From a virus (Duplodnaviria; Caudoviricetes), in the IMG/VR virus record IMGVR_UViG_2888028904_000001, positions 22,954 to 86,953 of that record: a stretch of 64,000 bases of DNA; one strand, 5' to 3'. Under the pieces are notes generated by a model. It was not told the origin of the DNA and did no database searches. It worked only from the letters and a program-made list of their open reading frames with translations. A program made the position numbers and the translations under genes. Positions 9,946-19,930 of the stretch are shown here, in pieces (positions within the stretch are counted from its first letter, which is position 1; the number at the start of each line of letters is the position of its first letter).

Positions 9946-10344
9946 ATGAAACAACCTAACTGGACACTTAAATTACCCGAAACCATAAGGGTGGCGATGA
10001 GCCGCCCTTTTTCATGGGGTGAATTTGATTGTTGTATTTTTGCCTCTGAATGTATTTACGCACAATGCGGTTTCTCGCCAATAAAGCCTTATCTCAATCA
10101 CTATAAAACCAAAGCAGAAGCCTTCAATCTTATCAAATCTAAATTTGGCTCATTAGAGAAAGCCGTTTCACGCTATTTCAAATCCATTGAGATTGAGTGT
10201 GTTCAGCGTGGCGACCTCGTACTGTTTAAAGGTGAGGATGGTGAAAGTTTAGCCGTGGTCTGGGCGGGGCATTATTGGGGCGTAACCCCACAAGGCGTGA
10301 AGCCGGTGCAGATTAACCCAATCAAAGCGTGGAGAGTGGAATAA
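9946..10344 (+). CDS. Tail-associated NlpC/P60-like protein
   Basis: PFSWGEFDCCIF and QRGDLV motifs; before tip gene. Confidence 0.7.
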   Translation: MKQPNWTLKLPETIRVAMSRPFSWGEFDCCIFASECIYAQCGFSPIKPYLNHYKTKAEAFNLIKSKFGSLEKAVSRYFKSIEIECVQRGDLVLFKGEDGESLAVVWAGHYWGVTPQGVKPVQINPIKAWRVE

Positions 10345-13300
10345 TGGGTGGGAGTGGTGGATTAATTTCAAAAGTCTTGGGTGCTGGCTTAATGATTGCT
10401 GGGCTATTTACCGGTGGCGTGACATCGGCGATGGGCATGGCGCTGATGGCGGCAGGCGTTGCGGTTCAAGTCGCGGGTTCGCTTATCTTTAAGCCAAAAC
10501 TGCCTTCCATGAATTATCGAGATACGGGTGAACGCAAACAGATGTTACGTTCATCGTCTGCGCCTGAAACCGTAATTGTCGGAAAAACAGTGATATCGGG
10601 TTTGCTTTTCTTCGCCGAAGAAGAAGCGGGGGAACAAGATGAAAACGAAAAAATCACACTGGCATTAGCGTTAGCAGGGCACCCCATAGAGAAAATTGGG
10701 AAGATTTGGTTGGGAGACGATTTAATTGAGACGTTTGGTGAATATACCGTTCATGAAGTTAAACACCTTTGGTTAAAGAGTTTAAAAATCACGGCACCTG
10801 TTGTTGAAGTGGAGTTGCATAATGACAGGGAAGATGTCGATCCCTTTATGCTTAAAAATTGCCCGTCATGGAAAGAGGATATGATTGGTCGAGGTCTGGC
10901 GTGGTTACGAGTGACACTCACGTTTGACCAAGAAAAATTCCCTTATGGATTACCCAATGTGAAATGTGAAGTCTGGGGAAAACATCTGTTTGATCCTCGC
11001 ACTGGGCAAACTGCATGGAGTAATAATGGGGCTTTAGTCATTTTGGATTATTACCGCCATTATTTAAAAGTGCCTGATACGGATATTGATTTTGACAGCT
11101 TTAAACAGGCGGCCGATTTATGTGATGAAAAAGTGAGTCTACCAGAAGGCGGATTTGAGTCGCGATATACCCTTAATGGTGCCTATGACTTAAATGAGAG
11201 TCCATCCAGTGTTTTGGAAGTGATGCACAAATGCATCAACGCGGAACCGACATTCACCGCAGGAAAACATGGTATTCAAATCGGCGCTTATTATGGGCCT
11301 GCAATAAAAACCATCACTGAATCACAATTGATTGGCACCGTCACATGTACCCCTGAAACAGGATTAAAAGACGCCACCAATACGGTGTATGGCACGTTTA
11401 TTGATGCCGAACAGTTGTACACAAAAACCGACTTCACGCCTGTGATTGTGGACGAATGGGTGAAAGAGGATGGCTTAGAAATTCGAGAGAATATCGACTA
11501 TCGTTTTGTCACCAGCCCTTATCAAGCCCAACGATTAGCTCGCCAATATCTTCGTAAAAAGAAAGCAGGAAGACGAGTTCAATTGACCATGAACTTAGAC
11601 GGCTATGCTTATCGTCCGGGTGAAGTTGTGCTTTTAGAATTACCTTCTTTGGGAATTAGTGGGCTGGAATTCCGTATTGCCGAATGGTCTTTTCATGCTT
11701 TAGACGGTGTGGCTTTAACGTTGGAAGAGGATGGTGCCTATCTATATGAAGATGTGATTGGCAAACCGTTTGAGCGTCCCCCGTTTGTGAGTTTACCCAC
11801 TGGCGGTGTTGCTTCACCCATTAATCTTACCTTTGTTCCACTTGCAGTCAGTGACATCGTACAAGGTACGCTTTCTTGGCAAAATGTTGCTTCTGATGTG
11901 CGCTATAACACCGTTACTGTTCTTCAAGAAGGCAATGTTATTCAATCTATTCAGGTACCGGCTGAGCGTGTTGATATTAACGGATTAGCGCGAGGAACTT
12001 ATCGTGTTGAAGTTAGGGCGACAAATGTGGCAGGCGCAATGTCGGCACCCGCTATCAGTGACTTTGCCATTCAAGCACCACCGCCTCCTGAGCATATTGA
12101 TGTTACCTCTGGCTTATTTAATCTGACCATTGCACCGAAACAAGGCGATAGTGCTGTCTTTGGTTATACCTTTGAGTTTTGGTTTAGTGAGGAAAAGCTC
12201 GCTGATCTTTCTGAAAATGAAGTGATCACCAAAACAAACAAAGTTGGCCAAGGGAATTTCTGGACGCAAGAGAATTTAAAAGCAGGGCATACGTATTATT
12301 TTTATGTTCGAACAATCAACAGCTATGGCAAATCACCTTTTGTGGAAGCTTCAGGTACTTGCTCTTCTCAAACGGATTTAATTCTTGAGGAATTAGCGGG
12401 GCAAATTAGCCGAGACCAATTAGCGCAAGACCTATTGGGTGAGATCAACAGCAAGGCTAACCAACTCGATATTACTGAATTACATGAGTTGATGAGGATA
12501 AATCATGACAAGATTTTATCTGAGTTGATGAGGCATGGAGCAACTATTGAAGAAAGTGAAAAAAAACTGGAGGAGGCAGGAAAATTATTAGCTGAGCGAA
12601 TGAACCAAGTTGCAACGGCAACAGAAGCACAGGCCGCCACAATTAAACAAGAGCAACAAGCACGTATTGAGGCTGATAAAACTGAAGCACAACAACGGCA
12701 ATCCTTAGCTACTCAACTTCGTGGTGATTATACCGGCAATGATTTATCGAAAGTCACCGCAGGACTTATCTCCGCAGAGAAACAAGCACGTGTTACAGGC
12801 GACCAAGCGGAAACCAAAGCCAGACAGTCATTGGAAACACGGATGAATGGAAATGTTTCCGCGATTAATAAATCATTAGAAACCCTCACTTCAAAACAGC
12901 AAGCCCAAACGCAAGAGATTTCAACGCTCAATTCAACTCTTAAAGGGAAAGCTGATAGTAGTGCGGTAAATGCGTTAAATACGCGTGTATCTAATATCGA
13001 TGGCAAAGTGACGTCTGCAACCTCACAGGTACAAACGTTATCCAGCAAATTAGATAAAGTGAAAGCCGATTTAACGGAGTCTGTGGTGGTGGATTTAGAT
13101 TTATCAAAACTCAATGAAAACACCTATTATCCGGTTATTTTGCCATTAGTGACCTCTCGTCGTTACGCGTTTAAGGTTTTTAGAACCTTAGGGCAATATA
13201 GAGACAATAAACCCAGCTATGCGACACATGGCACCAAAGGCTTTGCCATGATTGTGGAATGGCAAGTCAGTGGTTCTGGATGGGGAACACAGTCTGAAAA

Positions 13301-14159
13301 CCGCATCATTGATAATTTTGATTGGCGATGGACAAATCAATCCCCTGTGCTGGGACCCGCTCAATTAATAAATGGTTCTGTGGAATATATCTATTTGCGG
13401 GGAGGGGCAAAATATCAGTTAACTAAACACAAAAGTGTTAACCATCAAATTATCACCAGCACTTATACCAACAACAAGCAATCGGTGGCACCAAAGGGGT
13501 TTGTGGCGAATGAAGTACCTAAGTCGAGCGAACAGAAAGCCAATGCAATGGCGAATGCGGTAAGCCAACTTGAAACTAAAGTGACTGAGGTTTCAGGTAA
13601 AGTGACCTCTACCGCTCAGCAAGTCACTCGTTTAGAAAGCCAAGTGGGTACAAGTTCAGCCAAAATCGAACAAACTTCGAAAGTGGTCACAGACATAAAT
13701 GGCAAAATTTCAGCATCATGGACAATGAAAGTCCAACAAGATAGCAAAGGGAATAAAGTCATTACCGGCATTGGCTTAGGGTTTAATGCACAAGGAAATA
13801 GCCAATTTCTGGTCAATGCCCAAAACTTTGCAGTGATATCGTCATTAAACGGTAAAGTGGTGACACCGTTTGTGATCCAAAATGGACAAGCTTTTTTCAA
13901 TGATGCGTTATTTAGCAAGGCAACCATTGATAAATTATCGGTAGGTAAAAAAATCACATCCACTAATTATTTAACGGGCAAGAAAGGATTTAATATTGAT
14001 GCCACAACAGGGAATGTGGAATTAAATGATGCAGTATTTCGTGGACGATTAGATATTAACTCAGGAGGAACAAAAGGGCGGTTAGTGATCACGAATAATA
14101 CTATTTATGTTTACGATGAAAACAATCAGTTAGCGGCAAAAATAGGTTATTTAGGGTAG
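10344..14159 (+). CDS. Tail tip/central fibre protein (J-like host specificity)
   Basis: FN3-like GHTYYFYVRTIN, coiled-coil repeats, C-terminal SQFLVNAQNFAV. Confidence 0.9.
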   Translation: MGGSGGLISKVLGAGLMIAGLFTGGVTSAMGMALMAAGVAVQVAGSLIFKPKLPSMNYRDTGERKQMLRSSSAPETVIVGKTVISGLLFFAEEEAGEQDENEKITLALALAGHPIEKIGKIWLGDDLIETFGEYTVHEVKHLWLKSLKITAPVVEVELHNDREDVDPFMLKNCPSWKEDMIGRGLAWLRVTLTFDQEKFPYGLPNVKCEVWGKHLFDPRTGQTAWSNNGALVILDYYRHYLKVPDTDIDFDSFKQAADLCDEKVSLPEGGFESRYTLNGAYDLNESPSSVLEVMHKCINAEPTFTAGKHGIQIGAYYGPAIKTITESQLIGTVTCTPETGLKDATNTVYGTFIDAEQLYTKTDFTPVIVDEWVKEDGLEIRENIDYRFVTSPYQAQRLARQYLRKKKAGRRVQLTMNLDGYAYRPGEVVLLELPSLGISGLEFRIAEWSFHALDGVALTLEEDGAYLYEDVIGKPFERPPFVSLPTGGVASPINLTFVPLAVSDIVQGTLSWQNVASDVRYNTVTVLQEGNVIQSIQVPAERVDINGLARGTYRVEVRATNVAGAMSAPAISDFAIQAPPPPEHIDVTSGLFNLTIAPKQGDSAVFGYTFEFWFSEEKLADLSENEVITKTNKVGQGNFWTQENLKAGHTYYFYVRTINSYGKSPFVEASGTCSSQTDLILEELAGQISRDQLAQDLLGEINSKANQLDITELHELMRINHDKILSELMRHGATIEESEKKLEEAGKLLAERMNQVATATEAQAATIKQEQQARIEADKTEAQQRQSLATQLRGDYTGNDLSKVTAGLISAEKQARVTGDQAETKARQSLETRMNGNVSAINKSLETLTSKQQAQTQEISTLNSTLKGKADSSAVNALNTRVSNIDGKVTSATSQVQTLSSKLDKVKADLTESVVVDLDLSKLNENTYYPVILPLVTSRRYAFKVFRTLGQYRDNKPSYATHGTKGFAMIVEWQVSGSGWGTQSENRIIDNFDWRWTNQSPVLGPAQLINGSVEYIYLRGGAKYQLTKHKSVNHQIITSTYTNNKQSVAPKGFVANEVPKSSEQKANAMANAVSQLETKVTEVSGKVTSTAQQVTRLESQVGTSSAKIEQTSKVVTDINGKISASWTMKVQQDSKGNKVITGIGLGFNAQGNSQFLVNAQNFAVISSLNGKVVTPFVIQNGQAFFNDALFSKATIDKLSVGKKITSTNYLTGKKGFNIDATTGNVELNDAVFRGRLDINSGGTKGRLVITNNTIYVYDENNQLAAKIGYLG

Positions 14160-14162
14160 CGT

Positions 14163-14414
14163 ATGAAGTTTATTGTTTTAATTACAGCATTATTATTGTC
14201 AGGGTGTACCTCTGGATATAAAAAAGTCGATTGCCAAGGTGTTTACCAAATAAAAACTTTTCACTATCAACAACCTGTATTGGTAAAGTTTGATAAAAAG
14301 AGAGAAACCATTAAAGGGCCTCTTTATCATGCTGTACCTCAATTAGGATTTAAATTCTTAGGAGGATGGGTATCTCCTGATGCCGTAGAGGATTTCTCAT
14401 GTCGTGGGGAATAG
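14163..14414 (+). CDS. Cor-like lipoprotein (putative superinfection exclusion)
   Basis: Lipobox LLSGC, two further Cys, WVS near C-terminus; next to J as cor is in HK022/phi80. Confidence 0.6.
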   Translation: MKFIVLITALLLSGCTSGYKKVDCQGVYQIKTFHYQQPVLVKFDKKRETIKGPLYHAVPQLGFKFLGGWVSPDAVEDFSCRGE

Positions 14415-14662
14415 AGATATATGAAAAAGGAAAGCCAATAAAAATCACAGGGCGTTCATTTATTTTTGACCAAATAGCGGTCACTCAGAATGGCAGTAAA
14501 ACTTATAATAATATTCCTAAAGGGCGGTCATTGGCCGCCTATATTGCCGCTAGAAATCGAGGATCTTATTTCACTGTTAGAGTCGAGAATAATAAAATCT
14601 CGTGGAATTCTCTACGCGGTAGCCAATCGATTAATGGAATTATTATGGTACTAATTAAATGA
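14399..14662 (+). CDS. Small tail-tip accessory protein
   Basis: MSWGIEIY start typical of post-J genes. Confidence 0.55.
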   Translation: MSWGIEIYEKGKPIKITGRSFIFDQIAVTQNGSKTYNNIPKGRSLAAYIAARNRGSYFTVRVENNKISWNSLRGSQSINGIIMVLIK

Positions 14663-15300
14663 GTAAATATGGTGCATTATTTTTTAATCAGGGAATTACC
14701 GAAGAATTAACACCTTATGAATCAGCCGTATTTTTAAAAAAAATAAAAACAAAGCCAGGACTAATTAAAGTCATCGAAGGTAATAATAACGCAGTGCCAC
14801 TTATTTTTATTCGAATTCTTAATTCTTCTAATCCATCATTAGGTGGATTATCTGAAGTAATTTATGAAAACAATGCGTGGTGTGTGAATTTAATCGATAC
14901 TATTCAAGGTAATTCAGCAGAATATGAGCTCTATGTATTTGTGAAGTCTTCTTATCATATTTCACTTCATCCTCAAAAATGGGGAATTCAAATTTATCAT
15001 AAAGGTGTTATTACACATGCCTCAAGCCAAAGACCGCTTAATTTATTAGAGGGAAATAACTTTGTGCTCACAGGAAATAATTGGAGTGGTGTGGATGTCG
15101 GATTCCCTTGTGCGGTATTAATCACAACAATTGGGCATATAGGGATGATGGATTCGATGGGAGGAAAAACGATTAGAGTAACTCTTTGTGGGCGAGGTAA
15201 TCGTATTATCCCTCATTCCATGATAGTAGCCGGACAGATGTCAACAACCTCTCTAGGTAAGCAGTATTTTTATATTGATGTGAGGGAGTATGGTGGGTGA
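14659..15300 (+). CDS. Tail-tip accessory protein
   Basis: MSKYGALF and internal WGIQIY repeat; analogous to 43388-44077. Confidence 0.6.
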   Translation: MSKYGALFFNQGITEELTPYESAVFLKKIKTKPGLIKVIEGNNNAVPLIFIRILNSSNPSLGGLSEVIYENNAWCVNLIDTIQGNSAEYELYVFVKSSYHISLHPQKWGIQIYHKGVITHASSQRPLNLLEGNNFVLTGNNWSGVDVGFPCAVLITTIGHIGMMDSMGGKTIRVTLCGRGNRIIPHSMIVAGQMSTTSLGKQYFYIDVREYGG

Positions 15301-15319
15301 TAGAAAAGAGTTTAGATAG

Positions 15320-15882
15320 TTGGTGGTGGTCGGCTTTGTACTGTGAGTTCAACCATAAAAGGGTATACTGACTTTATTGCGAACTATCATTGAACATGAG
15401 AATAAAACCGAAAAAATTACTGAAATAGAATAAACCTGAACTACTGACAGTATCTGAAAGTAGCAACGAATGTTGGTCTATGGACTTTAGGCATGATTAA
15501 CCGTCAGATAGTCGTTCATCCGTTTTCTGAATATCATCAGAACATTGGTTCATCTCATGGGGTGGAAAGAGAAAACTGTCGCCATTCGGTGTGATAAAGG
15601 TCCTAAATATACAGGAAAGATACTGATGTTATGGGGAAATATACCCCTCCGTTTTATTCAACCAAGCAAATTTCAGCAGAATGCTTATATTGAGCACTAT
15701 AACTGGTCGGTACGTTATGACTGACTGCGATAATATTTTTTTAATTGCAGGACTATACCACGCGATGGCAATGATCCTATAACTACGACCGAATATTGGG
15801 TTAGATAGTTTTACGTTAATACAGTATAGTCAACGTATGGACTAACTCTAATTATCACATCCATTAAAAATGTGGGAATTAC
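15320..15882 (+). mobile_element. Degenerate IS3-family transposase remnant
   Basis: Broken frames encode NHKRVY, NECWSMDF, QQNAYIE; many stops and frameshifts. Confidence 0.75.
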
Positions 15883-16094
15883 CGAATCCTCCGGCTACCT
15901 ATAACACTGATAATAAGATAAAGAAAACTGAGACCTCAAAGGTAATAAATGCTAATAATATGTAAAATAAAAAAGTGTTCCTTTATCTAATGACTGAATA
16001 ATCCAATGTCTTAGATGTGTTTTCTTTTGTCAAAATTTGGAACGGACTATTTGACAGACTTCATCTAAAGTAAGCATGGTTGTAACAATAGAGT

Positions 16095-16868
16095 TTATTG
16101 TCCTAGATCTATTTGTAACCGTTCTGCTTCACACTCTGCTAAATGTAGTAAATGACCTAAGGATACAAGCCGAGATGCGCTAGTGCCATGCCCATATTCG
16201 ACATCCTGCAAAAGGCGAGTTTTTTCATATAACTTATGTGATAGACCTCTCCATATCTCATTTAATTGGGAGTAGATTTGAATCTCTATATGAAAATCAT
16301 CGGTGTAGATAATATCTGCATGGTAAGCAAAATAACCGCTCGCCATCTTTGCCTCTTGCTCCACTTTTATTTCTAATATGTCATTGTAATCATCTAATGA
16401 TATTTGATTCATTTGAAGCTTTTCTCTCCATTTTGGTAATGCCTTGCTGAAGTCATTTGCAAACTTGTGAGTGCTTAAAATTACTGAACTTCTTGCTAAG
16501 TCTTTTATATTGTGTTTAATGTTGGTTGATGTGACGTATTCTGACGCATCTTTGTTCTTTCTCCATAATTTATCAATTATTGATTCAATCGGCTTGAATA
16601 TGTCGTTGTATCTTCCTGTTGATAGTTGGGTATTTAAAAGTATTTCACACTTATATGAAGAAACGTCTACATCAGCAGTCTGTTTAGCTCTTAACAAAAC
16701 GGTATTAAGTTGATCTAATAGTCTCGCGAGTTTTTCAAATCTATCTCTATTTGCTTCCAATGAATTAATTATGTTTGTTAACTCGGTTATAATATTTAGC
16801 CCAGGCTCAACTTCAAGGTTGTGCCATGTTATATATTGGTTATAGTTGAAAGTTTTTGGGCAGTCCAT
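16095..16868 (-). CDS. RelA/SpoT-domain small alarmone synthetase (toxSAS-like)
   Basis: KPIESIIDKL, KDLAR, SGYFAYH, IEIQI, W..LSHKLY motifs. Confidence 0.75.
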   Translation of the reverse strand: MDCPKTFNYNQYITWHNLEVEPGLNIITELTNIINSLEANRDRFEKLARLLDQLNTVLLRAKQTADVDVSSYKCEILLNTQLSTGRYNDIFKPIESIIDKLWRKNKDASEYVTSTNIKHNIKDLARSSVILSTHKFANDFSKALPKWREKLQMNQISLDDYNDILEIKVEQEAKMASGYFAYHADIIYTDDFHIEIQIYSQLNEIWRGLSHKLYEKTRLLQDVEYGHGTSASRLVSLGHLLHLAECEAERLQIDLGQ

Positions 16869-17225
16869 TTAAAACTCCCCAATGTAAAAAGCTTTTGAAA
16901 GTCTCTTCGCAAGAGACTTAACTTCGATACTGCACCAACTCATCTCAAAGGCTAGACTGACTTGGTGTGCTTTATTGTTTTTTATATTAAATTCATTTTT
17001 AAAAAAAGTTAGACCAGAAATAACAAAAACTTCTTGGCCTTCCCATCGATTTAATCCAAATCGTTCAAGCTTATGTTCGAAAGTGGTTTGGATAGTACCA
17101 AGTTTGTCAGATAAATCATTTAAGTACCATTCTTTAGAGAATATCTCAGTCCACATTTCATGGGCTTGTTTATAAATGTCAATGACTTTTTCGTCACCAT
17201 TATTAAGTAATTCAAATGTTTTCAT
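16869..17225 (-). CDS. Hypothetical protein, candidate antitoxin of the SAS
   Basis: Stop abuts SAS start; GAAAGG RBS; no recognisable motif. Confidence 0.6.
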   Translation of the reverse strand: MKTFELLNNGDEKVIDIYKQAHEMWTEIFSKEWYLNDLSDKLGTIQTTFEHKLERFGLNRWEGQEVFVISGLTFFKNEFNIKNNKAHQVSLAFEMSWCSIEVKSLAKRLSKAFYIGEF

Positions 17226-17488
17226 TTCATACCTTTCAAAAATTCTTATTTATATAAATAGCTTAGTATACTACCAACAAAAATTCTTAATGCTACTTTA
17301 TATAGAATTTACTCGGTTGCTCATCATTGTCTCTGTTCTCGAATATGTTCTGTGAAGAGGCTCATGCTAAATTGTTCTACGTGTTTCACAAACAGTTTTG
17401 CAACCATCAGAGTTAAGTAAGGGGCACTTCAATTATGTTGTTCTAAACATCGAAACTGTGTGATCTCAGCATGATGCTTCGCGGTAGG

Positions 17489-17610
17489 TGTAATAGCCAA
17501 CTAAAAAAGTCTCTGTTTCAGCGTTTTTCCTGTATTACCTTTCAGATTCGTTTGGTGGTAATCCATCGCTATATTCGTGTGACATGAATGTACTGCAATA
17601 TCTGACAATA
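17489..17610 (-). mobile_element. IS3-family (IS911-like) 3'-end remnant
   Basis: Minus strand encodes HEYSDGLPPNESER*Y (cf. IS911-type H.YNGGLPPNESE) plus a degenerate end. Confidence 0.55.
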
Positions 17611-18175
17611 TCGACTCTACCTGTTCATCAGGGTTATAGTGGAAAGACCTATATTCATGATTTTAACCTCATTAACAATATTGTAGTTCTGAACAACACT
17701 AATTGGGTGGATTCACGTTTTGATGTTTGTTTTAATAACGTAGTTAAAAAAACAACATATCGCTGAGATAAAGAATCAAAAAGGCTGTAATAATACAATA
17801 TATTGCTGATTTAGGTATAGAGACAGATGGAGACGTTACTCTCTGCATGTATGAAGAAAGACTATATTATCTAAAATTATATAGGTATTTTTACGCATTA
17901 ACTGAAAAGTTATAGTTTCAAATTAAATTACAAAACTTGCCAAAGTATAGTCATTTGTATTAATACTACACAGGATAGGTTTTATTTATAGTACATAATT
18001 AAGCTCGATTTGCCTCATTAGAATTATAGGGAATATAGGTAAGGATACGAGCCAAAAATAGACTATTATTTTTTATGGAACTGTGAGTTATTTAAAATTA
18101 AAAACCTTTTTATAATTTCTGGGATGTTATACTATTCATCATTGTTTTATAATTAAAAATGAGATTACAATTATT

Positions 18176-19120
18176 ATGAATGAAAAAGATACTGAGTTTC
18201 ATTGTCAAAAAAGTATTAAATTAACTATAGATGTTGATTCTGATATGATCGAAATGTTAAATGAATGGTCTAGAATGGTTCCTACACTATATTTATTAGA
18301 TATCTGTTTGGTTTCTATAATAAAATTACCAGAGGAAAGTATTAACAGAGATAAAAGAAAGAAAAAATGGATTGATGAACTTAAAAATTTAGATCGTGAA
18401 CAAAATAAATTTTCATATATATGTGCGTTAATGGAAAAAGTTAGTGATTCACGAGTAAAAATGACTGATGTCGAGTTAGAAGAACAAATATTGGGTGATG
18501 TGGCATCTTTAAGACGTTTTTTTAAAAATGCTTCTATATATGAATCTGATAAATTTTTGATTTCATTTCTCCGCGAATTAAGAGGACTACCAGTAGAAAC
18601 CGATAAGGAGAAATACGTGAGGTTTCTGAAATCTGCAAATGAAAAATTTAATTTAAAAGATGCAGTTTCACCATCAAATAGACTTAATAAAGCAAAGGAA
18701 TTATTGGAAGAAGCAGATAATATAGGGATATATAAGCAACACCCAGTAGTTGTTGTTACATTAGCTTGCTTATATGGTAATCGGCAGGCTAAAAAATTAA
18801 TGAAATTTAAAAAGAATGCTGATTTATTTGATGTTGAAAATGTTTTGTCCGATATACTAATTATTTCTAGGACAGCAAAGCTTAAGTTAGAAATAGAGCA
18901 TTATGGAAATAATGGGAGAGGGCGTTTTCCTCGTGCTATTTTTCTTTCAGATGACACCGCCCTTAATGAAATACGTAATTGTTTTGAACCCAAGATGGTT
19001 AAAAATATAGATAGTGAAGATGGAAGAGAAAGTATACTTACATTAACTGTTAATTTAGAAAAACTTATGACAGAAATTACGGAAGATGAACTCGCTCAAC
19101 TTACTGAATTGCTAAAATAG
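18176..19120 (+). CDS. Hypothetical protein, possibly PIN-like nuclease
   Basis: Long AT-rich ORF; LYLLD...ALMEK...NVLSD...FLSDD acidic pattern. Confidence 0.6.
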   Translation: MNEKDTEFHCQKSIKLTIDVDSDMIEMLNEWSRMVPTLYLLDICLVSIIKLPEESINRDKRKKKWIDELKNLDREQNKFSYICALMEKVSDSRVKMTDVELEEQILGDVASLRRFFKNASIYESDKFLISFLRELRGLPVETDKEKYVRFLKSANEKFNLKDAVSPSNRLNKAKELLEEADNIGIYKQHPVVVVTLACLYGNRQAKKLMKFKKNADLFDVENVLSDILIISRTAKLKLEIEHYGNNGRGRFPRAIFLSDDTALNEIRNCFEPKMVKNIDSEDGRESILTLTVNLEKLMTEITEDELAQLTELLK

Positions 19121-19463
19121 ATTTAATGTACTGATTACTTTTTCATGATATAAAAAGTGATATTTCAAGTGAAGTAATATAATTTTAAATTGTAATTAAG
19201 TAAAAAATGAGATTATTGAACTCTCGAACAAAATGCTGTTAACCAGAAGGAAATAATAAATATTTCAATAAACTGTTAAAATACATGGAGTGTTTGTATA
19301 TAAAAATATCAAATTTTTATTGAAATAAAAGTGTTCCCCAAAACCACTCCAACCCAAATTAAAAATCAACCAGTTACATACAAACCAAGATCACATAAAA
19401 AAAGATTATCACCCACAATAATTATAATTTATTTGATAAGTTACTTAATTATTATGGGTATAA

Positions 19464-19627
19464 TGCTACGCCACATGGGGTGGACAGAAGCGGCTGACTT
19501 AATCATTAAAGGTATGGAAGGCGCGATTGCCGCTAAGACTGTAACTTATGATTTCGAACGTCAGTTAGAAGGCGCTAAACTGCTGAAATGTAGCGAGTTT
19601 GGTGACGCGATTATCAAACATATGTAA
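19464..19627 (+). repeat. icd: icd 3'-end duplicate (att junction between elements 1 and 2)
   Basis: Encodes [21 protein letters not shown]...FGDAIIKHM*; 159/164 identical to 56303-56466. Confidence 0.92.
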
Positions 19628-19651
19628 TATAATTAGCGTTGCAAATTGATT

Positions 19652-19677
19652 ACGGGAACTTAAGGGTTCCCGTTTTT
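19652..19677 (+). terminator. Terminator after icd 3' copy
   Basis: ACGGGAAC-ttaagg-GTTCCCGT plus T-tract. Confidence 0.7.
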
Positions 19678-19930
19678 GTTACAGGGTTTTTTATGAGTAC
19701 ATGTAACGTCTTGATGCGTATTTTTGTATTAAAAGTAGCCTAATGTAGCAAAACCAAACAAACAATGAATAAAACGTAAGTGTTAAAATCAACCCATTAA
19801 AAGAGGCGATAAGGCTTTATTTATGGCGAAATGAAAAAGAAAGAAAATAATCTGCAAACCGCATGATAAACGTGGCGAAAATTATCATTTGCAGATTATC
19901 TGATGAATCAAAATAAGGTCAGAAATAAGA

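Larger units (their letters stand above)
1..19463 (+). mobile_element. Prophage 1 (HK97-like siphovirus; head/tail genes and right-end cargo, left part outside window)
   Basis: Contiguous protease-capsid-connector-tail-TMP-tip genes, ending at the icd 3' duplicate at 19464. Confidence 0.9.

Noticed and set aside
63-13963. Many antisense or nested ORFs within structural genes
   Set aside because: Shadow frames of well-supported phage genes with no independent features.
17584-17766. 60-aa ORF
   Set aside because: Starts antisense within an IS3 remnant; no support.
19331-19627. 98-aa ORF ending in the Icd C-terminus
   Set aside because: The N-terminal half is att-arm sequence that happens to be open; only 19464-19627 is icd-derived.
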